Shown here piece by piece: positions 43,254 through 54,361 of a stretch of DNA of 64,000 bases (positions are counted from its first letter, which is position 1; every line of letters begins with the position of its first letter). The notes beneath the pieces are model-generated. The model worked only from the letters and a program-made list of their open reading frames with translations. It was not told the origin of the DNA and ran no database searches. The stretch comes from Ranitomeya imitator. Taxonomy: Eukaryota. Position numbers and translations under genes: made by a program. Location: contig NC_091283.1 in assembly GCF_032444005.1 (NCBI RefSeq), forward strand, positions 374,852,001 through 374,916,000, given 5' to 3'.

Positions 43254-44770
43254 CCGTATATACTCGAGTATAAGCCGACCCGAGTATAAGCCGACCCCCT
43301 AATTTTGCCACAAAAAACTGGGAAAACTTATTGACTCGAGTATAAGCCTAGGGTAGAAAATGCAGCATTTACCGGTGAATTTCAAAAATAAAAATAGATG
43401 CTCCATACCGTTCATTATTGCCCCATAGATGCTCCATATACAACTGTGCTATATAGAATGCTCTGCACCGTTGATTATGGCCCCATAGATGCTCCTTATA
43501 ATGCTGTGCCATATATGCTCTGCACCTTTGATTATGGCCCCATAGATGCTCCTTATAATGCTGTGCCATATATGCTCTGCACCTTTGATTATGGCCCCAT
43601 AGGTGCTCCTTATAATGCTGTGCCCCATATATGCTCTGCACCTTTATGGCCCCATAGGTGCTCCTTATAATGCTGTGCCCCATATATGCTCTGCACCTTT
43701 ATGGCCCCATAGGTGCTCCTTATAATGCTGTGCCCCATATATGCTCTGCACCTTTATGGCCCCATAGATGCTCCTTATAATGCTGTGCCCCTTATATGCT
43801 CTGCACCTTTATGGCCCCATAGATGCTCCTTATAATGCTGTGCCCCTTATATGCTCTGCACCTTTATGGCCCCATAGGTGCTCCTTATAATGCTGTGCCC
43901 CATATATGCTCTGCACCTTTATGGCCCCATAGGTGCTCCTTATAATGCTGTGCCCCTTATATGCTCTGCACCTTTATGGCCCCATAGATGCTCCTTATAA
44001 TGCTGTGCCCCTTATATGCTCTGCACCTTTATGGCCCCATAGGTGCTCCTTATAATGCTGTGCCCCATATATGCTCTGCACCTTTATGGCCCCATAGGTG
44101 CTCCTTATAATGCTGTGCCCCTTATATGCTCTGCACCTTTATGGCCCCATAGGTGCTCCTTAGAATGCTGCTGGTGCTGCCATAAAAAAAAAAAAATCAC
44201 ATACTCACCTCTCTTCTCAGGACGCCGGCGCTTTCAATAATTACCTGCTCCTCTGCGGCTCCGTCTCCAGCACTGACGCTCAGCAGAGGGCGCGCACTGA
44301 CTACGTCACAGCGCCCTCTAACCTGAGCGTCATTGCTAGAGGACGCTGCAGACGGAGCCGGAGCGAGGAGCAGGTAATTATAGCGCTGCGCTCCCCTTAC
44401 CTGCTGCGGCGCGGTCCCTGCAGTCCCTGGCTTCTCCGGCACTGCAGCTTCTTCCTGTAATTGAGCGGTCACATGGCACCGATCATTTACAGCAATGAAT
44501 ATGCGGCTCCTCCCCTATGGGGGTGGAGCTGCCTATTCATTTCTGTAATGAGCGGTACCATGTGACCGCTCAGTGCAGGAAGAATCTGCAGCGCCGGAGA
44601 AGCCAGGGACTGCAGGGACCGCGCTGGGAGCAGGTAAGTATGATTACACAGCCCCCGCTCCCCCTCCCCTGCTGACACCCGGGTATATGACTCGAGTATA
44701 AGCCGAGAGGGGGACTTTCAGCCCAAAAAAATGGGCTGAAAAATCTCGGCTTATACTCGAGTATATACGG
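43254..44770. mobile_element. Tc2/pogo-like non-autonomous element, same family as 20204
   Basis: Same 25-bp TIR, TA TSD, 57/55-bp minisatellite. Confidence 0.92.
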
Positions 44771-45147
44771 TATTTAACTCCAAAATATCGAAACAGGCCA
44801 AGTTAAATGTTAACATAGGACCCCTTCTTTGATATCACCTTCACAATTCTTGCATTCATGAGTTTTTGGAGAGTTTCTGCTTGTACGTCTTTGCATGAAG
44901 TCAGAATAGCTTCCCAGAGCTGCTGTTTTGATGTGAACTGACTCCCACCCTTATAGATCTTGTGCTGGATGATACTCCACAGGTTTTCTATAGGGTTGAG
45001 GTCAGGGGAAGATGGTGGCCACACCATGAGTTTATCTCCTTTTATGCCCATAGCAGCCAATGACTCAGAGGTATTATTTGCATCATGAGATGGGGCATTG
45101 TCATGCATGAAGATGATTTTGCCCCTGAAGGCATGTTTCTGCTTTAA

Positions 45148-45863
45148 AGGTACCGTCACACTAGACGATATCGCTAGCGATCCGTGACGTTGCAGCGTCC
45201 TCGCTAGCGATATCGTCCAGTGTGACAGGCAGCAGCGATCAGGCCCCTGCTGTGCTGACGCTGGTCGGGGAAGAAAGTCCAGAACTTTATTTGGTCGCTG
45301 GACTCCCCGTAGACATCGCTGAATCGGCGTGTGTGACACCGATTCAGCGAGGTCTTCGCTGGTAATCAGGGTAAACATCGGGTAACTAAGCGCAGGGCCG
45401 CGCTTAGTAACCCGATGTTTACCCTGGTTACCATCCTAAAAGTAAAAAAAAGCAAACACTACATACTTACCTACAGCCGTCTGTTCTCCAGCGCTGTGCT
45501 CTGCTCTCCTCCTGTACTGGCTGTGAGCGCCGGTCAGCCGGAAAGCAGAGCGGTGACGTCACCGCTCTGCTTTCCGGCCGCTGTGCTCACACAGACAGTA
45601 CAGGAGGAGTGCAGAGCACAGCGCTGGAGGACAGACGGCTGTAGGTAAGTATGTAGTGTTTGTTTTTTTTTACTTTTAGGATGGTAACCAGGGTAAACAT
45701 CGGGTTACTAAGCGCGGCCCTGCGCTTAGTTACCCGATGTTTACCTTGGTTACCGGCATCGTTGGTCGCTGGAGAGCGGTCTGTGTGACAGCTCTCCAGC
45801 GACGCTGCAGCGATCCGGATCGTTGTCGGTATCGCTGCAGCGTCGCTAAGTGTGACGGTACCT
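45148..45863. mobile_element. Harbinger/PIF-like MITE, AGGTACC family, inside the TRT transposase
   Basis: AGGTACCGTCACAC...GTGTGACGGTACCT; flanks TAA/TTA. Confidence 0.9.
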
Positions 45864-46642
45864 TTAGACCATGGAAGAAAGTTGTCAGTCAGAAACGCTA
45901 TTTACTTTACAGAGGTCATTTTCACATCTTCAGGAACCTTAAAGGGCCCCACCAGCTGTTTGCCCATGATTCCGGCCCAAAACATGATTTCTCCACCTCT
46001 TTGCTGACGTCGCAGCCTTGTTGCGACATGGTGGCCATCCACTACTCCATCCATCTGGACCATCCAGGGTTGCTCGACACTCATCAGTAGACAAGACTGT
46101 TTGAAAATTAGCTTTCATGTATGTCTGGGCCCACTGCAACCGTTTCTGCTCATGAACACTGTTTAGGGGTGGCCGAATAGTAGGTTTATGCACCAATCTC
46201 TTCACAATATGATGATCACAAAGTTTTTGTGAAGTATCTAATATTTTCATACCTTGTCCAAGGCATTGCACTATTTAATGCTTTTCAGCAGCAGAGAGAT
46301 CCTTTTTATTTCCCATATTGCTTGAAAACTTTGGCCTGCTTAATAATGTGGAACATCATTTTTTAAGTAGTTTTCCTTTAATTAGAATCACCTGGAAAAC
46401 TAATTATCACATGTGTTTAAGATTGATTTCAGTTATCTATTGAGCCCTGGGACACAATATCATCCATATACTACGTGGCTGTATTATATACTACGTGGGC
46501 TGTGCTGTACACTACGTGGGCTATGCTATATACTATGTGGGAAGGTTACAAACTACGTGGCTGGGCAATATACTACGTAGAGGTTTAATATACTACGTGG
46601 GCTGTGTTATATACTGCGTGTGCTATGTACCATGTGGGCTGT

Positions 46643-47439
46643 TGTTGTGAATTCCGCTCCTGGGCTCCCTCCGGTGGTTGTAAGTGGCACTTTTGTGAGT
46701 TCTGCTCTTGGGCTCCCTCTTGTGGTTTCAAGTGGTATGGCTGCTCCTTGGAGTTAGCTGTCATCAGCTGCCTCCACTTATCGTCTCTTCTGCTCGGCTA
46801 TTTAGGCCTGGCTGTTCCTTCAGCCAGTGCCACTTGTAAATGGTTCCTGGTTGGATTCACATCTCTTTGGATTTCCCTGTTATCCTGACCAGTTCAGCAA
46901 AGTTAAGTTTTTGCTTGCGCTTTTCTGTTCACAGATTGTGGACTTATCCGTTCAGTGCTTTCTATGTTTGTCCAGCGTTATCAGTATGAATTAATTCTGT
47001 CTTGCTGGAAGCTCTGGGAAGCAGATTTGCCCTCCACACCTTTAGTCAGGTGTGGAGATTTTTTGTAAACTCTGCGTGGATTTTTGTAGTGTTTTATACT
47101 GACCGCACAGTATTCCATCCTGTCCTATCTATCAAGCTAGACTGGCCTCCTGTGCTCATCCTGGTTTAATTCTGTGTATGTCTTTTTCCTCTCCACTCAC
47201 AGTCATTATTTGTGGGGGGCTAATCTATCCTTTGGGGATTTTCTCTGAGGCAAGATAGTTTTCCTGCTTCTGTCTTTAGGGGTAGTTAGCTCTTAGGCTA
47301 TGACGAGATGCCTAGGGAGAGTTAGGAGCATCCCACGGCTACTTCTAGTGTTGTGTTGAGCTTAGGGACTGCGGTCAGTACAGTTACCACTTCCTTCAGA
47401 GCTCGTTCCATGTTGCTCCTAAACCACCGTGTCATAACA
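46643..47439 (+). mobile_element. Solo-LTR-like sequence
   Basis: TGTTGTGAA...TCATAACA termini; GGCTGT flanks 46643 and the duplicated LTR end at 47977. Confidence 0.65.
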
Positions 47440-48142
47440 GGGTGCACGGCATTAAGTATTTGGAGGTCTCAGAACAAACTCCCCCATCTTTATAAGCAAG
47501 TGACTCATGATAGCATCTACATATAGCACCTTAATACTGCACTTATCCTCATGCACTTTTATTGATTCTTTTTTACACCTGATCTAGTATGGTGATATGC
47601 ACATGATATGCACATTTTATTATATAGATTTTCTGATATAAGCACTTGTTTGGCATGTGCAATATATGCTTTTTTATACTTATCGAGTCCTTATGGGTAT
47701 AACATATACTGTAATATAGCTTGACCTGCCATACGCAAAAACTTGACTGTATAACACACTATTGATACGTGCACATTTCATATATTATGTATATAAATAT
47801 TTATACAAAATTTTATTGTTTTTTGTACATTTTAATGGCTCTCTATTGTTACTAAATAAAATATATACATTTTTAAAACATCCTAGTGTTGTGTTGAGCT
47901 TAGGGACTGCGGTCAGTACAGTTACCACTTCCTTCAGAGCTCGTTCCATGTTGCTCCTAGACCACCGCATCATAACAGGCTGTGCAATATACTACGTGGC
48001 TCTGTTATATACTACGTGGCTGTGCTATATACTACGTGGGCAGTGTTATATACTATGTGGCTGTGCATTCTAGAATACCCGATGCGTTAGAATCGGGCCA
48101 CCATCTAGTGAAATATAAATATACAGTATATGTTTTCACGAT

Positions 48143-48169
48143 ATAATAATAATAATAATAATAATAATA
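48143..48169. repeat. (AAT)n microsatellite
   Basis: Direct. Confidence 0.9.
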
Positions 48170-50399
48170 TTCAAATATGGCCATGGATCCATTATATGTC
48201 CATTTTGAAAGCCGGCAAGAAAATCTCGCCATACGGATGCCATACAGATGTCACACGGATACTTTGATGAGAAAAAAAATCGCATCCTCGCATTGCACAC
48301 GGATGACATGGATCACCGTTCGGGAACATTTCTGCGAGTCTCGGCCGTGAAAAGTGACCAATTTTTTTTATACGTTATGTGTGACTCTAGCCTAACTCAA
48401 TATCTGCAGATATGTTCCATTTGGGGGCATAAGACATTTCCTACTAGTTGTACAAAGGCCCATCTAGACAAAGCCAAAAATTGAGAATGGGTGTTCGTTA
48501 GAAAACTTGTATAAGGCTAGGACTACATGTGTCGCGCAACAGCTATTCGCTCAAAAACATTTGTGCATTTTACTGTTGTATGACTTTTTGATCTCTTATT
48601 TTTCAGAAAATAAAACGGCCAAGTTGCCGATCAGTGAACTGTTGCTCGCCACTTATTAACCCCTACATAACCGAAGCTTTTTGCGTTTTCATTTTTCGCT
48701 CCCCTTCTTCGCACAGCCATAACTTTTTTATTTTTACATCAATATGGCCATGTGAGGGCTTATTTTTTTCAGGACGAGTTGTGCTTTTGAACAACCCCAT
48801 TGGTTTTAGCATGTCGTGTACTCGAAAATGGGAAACATGTGAAGTTTTTTGCTTGACTTTTTTGCTAGGTTCATTAAATGCTAAAACCGACCTGCCATTA
48901 TGATACCCCAGGTCATTACGAGTTCATAGACACCAAATATATCTAGGTTCTTTTTTATCTAAGTGGTGAAAAAAATTCCGTTCTTCTGATCGCCCATTTT
49001 TGCATTTTCATTCAATGTCGCAGCGACCAAAAAAATGTAATTCTAGCGTTTCAGTTTTTTCTCGCTACACTGTTTAGCAATCAGGTTAATCCTTTATTTT
49101 ACTTGATAGATTGGGCGATTCTGAACGCGATGATACCAAATATGTCTATGTTTGATTTTTTTTATTGTTTTATTTAGAATGGGGTGAAAGGGGGGCGATT
49201 TGAACTTTTATATATTTTTTTATTTTTGTCATGTTTTTAAAAACATTTTTTTTAGTTTTGCCATGCTTCAATGGCCGCCGTGGGAGGCTAGAAGCTGGCA
49301 TAGCCTGATTGGCTCTGCTACATAGAGACGATGCTCAGATCGCCCCTATCACGTGACGGGGGTCAGCGGTGTGCGCATTTCCGGCCCAGTGGCTGGAAGC
49401 GCTTGTTAAATGCCGCTGTCAGAGTTTGGTACGGTAGAGTGTGTGACATGGCAAAAACACATCCCAGAGAAGGAAATCTAAAACTCACAAAGCCTATGCG
49501 GACAATGCAAGAACTGCCAAAAATTAGAAGGAAGAGGGACTTCAATACCCACTGTATTAGACATAAAGGAGGGCTTCATACACATTCTAACAAAATTGTT
49601 AGGTAGTGGCACTCCTAGACTCATAAAGCCTATGCAGCAAGGGTTGCCAAAAATTGGAAAGAATATTACCCTATTGATATGGTGGAAGAGGAGAAGGACA
49701 AGAAAAAGGAGAAATCATAAACCGTATACCTTTTTTTGATTGGGAAAGGGTGCAAGGGAATACGCCTGAAAAAAAGGAACATTTGAATTGGCTTTATGTT
49801 CCTCTGCTGTCATCCAGAGAGGTTAAGAAGTCTGGGCTAATCGAGGCCTTTTTTATTTTAATAAGAGTCAGCCTACCAGCATTTTAAGTGCATCCACCTG
49901 TCAACTGATCGGTTATTATGTCCCTGGCGGCACTAAAAACCGGCTCAGACAAAACGCTAGTGGCAGGGCAGCCCAGCACCCTCAAAGCCTAGAGGGACAG
50001 TTCATGCCAAGTGTCCAGTTTGGATACACAATAGTTATATGGCACAGAGGAATCACAGAGGACACTGGTACGGTCAACTAGGTACTCCTTTACCATCTTC
50101 CAAAACTTTATCTCCTTGTCAGACTACCCCACGCATCAGGGCCTGGGCGCTGGGAGGGTCTAATAAAACTATCCCAGACCTCTGCAGCAGGAAGGAGAGA
50201 TGGAAAGTTCTCATTGTAGCATAGGTCGAGCGGGGTCAACAGCTAGTAATCATATTACTCCAAAATGCGTATAACGCTAGGGTCACAGCAAAGGCAGTGA
50301 GACGTAAAGTCAGCCATGTGTACTAGACTACCAACAAGCAAGACATTCCTGTCCCCACCAGGAGGACAACCCTCCAGTTCCTCCTCCTTTTCAGCCTAT

Positions 50400-53100
50400 C
50401 CACGCTGAACAGATGGGCATGAAGTTGGTATGAGAGGTACCCTCTGTAGCGGAGGCAACCATCTCCTTTTTCTTCTCCTCATTATCACCCAATCCGTGCT
50501 GAGAAGAAGAGATGAAGCTGGCCTGGGTAGTATCACCCTGTGTACTTTCCTCTTCCATCCCCACCTGGTCCACATGCAAAGCTTCCTCTTTAATTGTGAG
50601 CAGCGAGTGTTTGAGCAGACACAGAAGTGGGGTGGTTACGCTGATTATGGCATCATCACTGCCATCATCTGGTTGATTAATCAAAGTTTTGTAGAAACTC
50701 ACAGATGTCAGACATCCATGCACACTCTTGCTACGTGCGGAGGCTGACTGGAATACCATCGGGCATGTTGTAGTTGGTGTTCAACTACTGCCCTATGCTA
50801 CCACAAGGCATTGCCAACATATACAATGTAGAGTTCCAGTGCGCAGTCATGTCACGCAGCACTTGGTGAGCTGGCACTTGCAAGCACTGCTGCAGCACTG
50901 CCTAATTGGCGTTATAACTCCTTCATTTCGGACCCAAATAGGATCAACCCTGCATGTGTACATCCAATACCCATAGAAACCTCTGCACAATTTTAGTGCA
51001 AGTTTCCTTTTTCCTGTACACTATTATTAGACAGGGTATTTCTTTATAACCACATACCGAAGTCATATTTATCATTATTACAGGCCTTATCGATTCAGAC
51101 ACCTCAATAAGCAGTTGGGTATGTTTCCTTACACCTTTTTTTTCTTTTCCTCTTCCTTTTTTTTTTCTTTACCCACCTTGTGCACATTATTATTATGATT
51201 ATCTTCTTGAACTTAGGACTGTGATTTACATAGTCAATAAATGTATGTTTATATATTATTTACAAGTCTGCAGTGTACTGAAGAAGGTCGTCTGTCTGAC
51301 CGAAACGTTTATATACCAGAGACTGCAAATAAAATTCTTCTATACCACAAAGTTGAGTGCCAACAAATTATTTTACTATTAATCTGGTGTGGGAACCTTT
51401 TTTGAGCACTTTCACAGCTGTGCCACGTTTTACACATACATGGTTACGCTGATTATGGCATAATCACTGCCATCATCTGGTTGATTAATCAAAGTTTTGT
51501 AGAAACTCACAGATGTCAGACATCCATGCACACTTTTGCTACGTGCGGAGACTGACTGGAATACTGACGGGCATGTTGTAGCTGGTTTTCAACTACTGCC
51601 CTATGCTACCAACAATGCATTGCCAACATATACAATGTAGAGTTCCAGAGCGCAGTCATGTCACGCAGCACTTGGTGAGCTGGCATTTGCAAGCACTGCT
51701 GCCGTACTGCCTGACCGGCGGCTGCTGTAGCTGACTAGCGGAAATGGAAGCACGAGTAGCGTACCTTCACATGTAGCTCCGGAAAATCTGAATAGGTTTT
51801 CAGAAACCGCTGAACCACTAAGGTGAGCACGTGGGCTAGGCATGGTACATGTACGAGCTTGCCAAGCTTCAGAGCCGCCAACAGGTTACGGCCATGATCA
51901 CATAACCATGCCTGGTTGTAGGTTCAATGGCAAGAGCCACAGATCTGTCTGGTCTGTTATAACTTTCCACAACTCTGCATCGGTGTGTGGTTTATCACCT
52001 AAACACAAGTTTTAGCAGAGCCTGTTGGCACTTCACCAAGGCGGTGCTTGCAGCTCTTTCATCTTTCGACTGATATTGAAGAAATGCTCCAAGATGAAAA
52101 TTCAGAGATGGAAGATGAGGAGGGAATAGAAAACCTTGATGGGACTAGGGTCCACAATCCACAGTTTCGCTAGCACGTGTGGCATTCCAGGGTCCGACTC
52201 GGTCATGGTTTTCACTAGGTTCACCCAGAGTGCCTTCAAGGAAATGTAGCATCTCTGGCCACAAGCACTTTTCCACGTGTCTGTCATTAAGTGGACCTTC
52301 CCAGTAACTGTGTTGGCTGGTCAGGGCATAGGTGATGTTATGGGACAAGTGCTGGTGTAAGGCAGGAACAGCCAACTGGAAAAAATAGTGGCAGCTAGGG
52401 ACCGAGTACCGAAGGACGACCTTAAGTTGCGGAAAGTCTCAGTGTCCACCACCCTAAACTAAACTTTCTATAGCAAGCAGTCTGCAAATGTTTCCATTTA
52501 CTGTATCCAAAACAAGAAAAAGATCCAGTCTGGATCTGTTGAAGTGCTTGCAGCACGAAACAGCTGTCATCCGTATGTGTTTCACTACCCTCCCTGCACC
52601 GCATGACTTCATGTGAATAAATCGCTTTTTGCTCAACACCGTTGAGTGCGCTGTTACTTTTTCTTGTTTTGGATACATTTATGCAAACTGTTTTTCTCTG
52701 TGGAGCAGCACCCAGGTGGAGCTTACATAGCGATAACTTTTCTTCTATTGAGACTAAAGGCTGATACGGTGTGCTTATACCCCTGAAGCATAAAGGGTCT
52801 AACGTATAACGGCTGTGCGATTGCAATATTTCTGGACTGTTTCCATTTACTGTTTGGGCCTGTGGGTTGCTGGGTATTTTTTTTCCATTCCAAGGCCTGG
52901 GGTAGGGACAGCTGAATGCTGTGTTGGGACAAGAAATTGGACAAGTTTACTGGTAGTACTTGCGAATGTGCAGCTTCAAGTGCAGGGCAAAAGGCGTCTG
53001 TGCTTGCGTCATGGACAGGGTATTGGCAAGCACGTAGCATAGAGAAAAAGGCAGTGGTGTCACCCACAGACATCGATTGAAGACCAAAGTGTTTGGCCCA
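50400..53100 (-). pseudogene. Decayed hAT (ZBED-like) transposase (approximate limits)
   Basis: Minus-strand motifs in order: BED-like ICRL near 52480, HLMTDTWKS, DHGRN, CLAHVLTLVVQRFL, LWNSTLYML; many stops and frameshifts. Confidence 0.85.
51266..51328 (+). ncRNA. Candidate type I minimal hammerhead ribozyme in a Penelope-like insert
   Basis: CTGAAGA 51278-51284, stem II GGTC/GACC, GAAAC, palindromic ACGT stem III, imperfect stem I; AATAAA just downstream. Confidence 0.55.
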
Positions 53101-53821
53101 CCTAGTCGGGTGCTTGGTTGGCATGCGCCTAAGCATGCTGGTGGTGGTCAGTCTGGTAGTGGTCAGGCTCCTGCTGATCTTGGTATGGCACAGGTTGCAA
53201 ATGACTATTCTTTACTCATCCTCCCTTTCTTTAAAAATTTTCCATACTGGGGAACACCTAACCAATGGCTTGGAAACTTGCCTAGTGTGGGTGCTGTAGT
53301 GAACAGTTGCCCACCTTCACTCTATTGCCACCCCACTGCCTCCTCTTGCCTGTTGCAGTGCTGAAGATCCCTCCCTCTCTGCACTGCTGGACTCGCTCTG
53401 CGTGGCACCTTCCCAAGTTGGGTCAGTGACTTCATTGTATACCACTTCATCTTTCACTTCCGCACTCTGGTCCCCCTGACTTGTTGACTTAACAACATCA
53501 CTTGTTGGCAATTGTGTCTCATCATCATCTACCTCTTGAGACACTAATTGTAGTTCCCCACTGTTGTCTTTTTCTGACCGTGGCTGCTCAGATATTTGGG
53601 CATCATGACACACAATCTCCTCATGACCCTCTTAATATGTGCAGGGCGAGAGGCCAGCAACAATAAAATGGAAATGTAAAGAGCTCCACAGAGTGTGGGA
53701 TCACTTGTCTCACAGGACTCGCAATGGTGGGAAGGAGAATCAGGGTGATAATTATGTAGTCCACACTATAGGCTAGTGAGGTGGGATCGTATGGAAGATA
53801 GGGAGATGCTGAGAAACATAC

Positions 53822-53914
53822 CAGAAGCATTTTCTGTGTGTACCATCATCAGCACATCCACTTCCCCATTTCTTAAAGCGCACCTTGCACATTTTAAATT
53901 AGATAAGTTTAGCT
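53822..53914 (-). other. Candidate orphan 93-bp exon (ELNLSNLKCARCALRNGEVDVLMMVHTENAS)
   Basis: tactacttttcag acceptor, CTG|GTATGT donor, open symmetric phase 1-1; no partner exon identified. Confidence 0.3.
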
Positions 53915-53976
53915 CTGAAAAGTAGTAATATTTTAAGGATTCAGCAGCGGTAGAAAAGTACTCTAACAGCAATATT

Positions 53977-54110
53977 AAATACGTACGCTACTCACCTGGT
54001 AGCAGTGTTTTTTCAGGAGCCATGACAGCACAACGAGAGAGGGGATCCGCCCTTCAGGGACAGGAAACCTACAGACATAAAAAGGGCGGCACCTCTCTCC
54101 CACGTCAGTT
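53977..54110. repeat. DIRS 3' inverted terminal repeat with its unique extension
   Basis: 54019-54110 is the exact reverse complement of 59409-59500. Confidence 0.93.
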
Positions 54111-54257
54111 GTTTCCAGAGCATGAGAGGACCACCTTGGTTAGTAACACAGATGCAGTATACACATAAATATTTTTTATTATGCAAGTGAACATAAACTT
54201 TAACTCAAGATTAACAGGTTGTTGAATTATTCAAAACATAGGGTAGGGAATCTAAGG

Positions 54258-54341
54258 GTGCTGTCATGGCTCCTGAAAAAACACTGCTACCAGGTGAGTA
54301 GCGTACGTATTTATTCAGTCGCCATGACAGCACAACGAGAG
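54258..54341. repeat. DIRS internal complementary region (ICR)
   Basis: Reads as element end ...gtagcgtacgtaTTT fused to element start TTTattcagtcgccatgac. Confidence 0.93.
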
Positions 54342-54361
54342 ACTTTCAGAGACGAAAGATT

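Larger units (their letters stand above)
42955..46466 (-). mobile_element. DD37E (TRT-type) Tc1-like transposon, one end missing, two nested MITEs (right limit approximate)
   Basis: TA-CACTATGTTCCAAATTATTATGCA terminus; TDECRATLDGPDGW, MHDNAPSH and E after 37 residues (NPIENLW). Confidence 0.85.
42322..48108 (+). mobile_element. Helitron-like element expanded by nested insertions
   Basis: A|TCTATATA...ATAATTGCCTAAGG start and CCCGAT...ATCGGG-CCACCATCTAG|T end as in the 34215 family; minisatellite resumes at 46467 and 47978. Confidence 0.75.
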
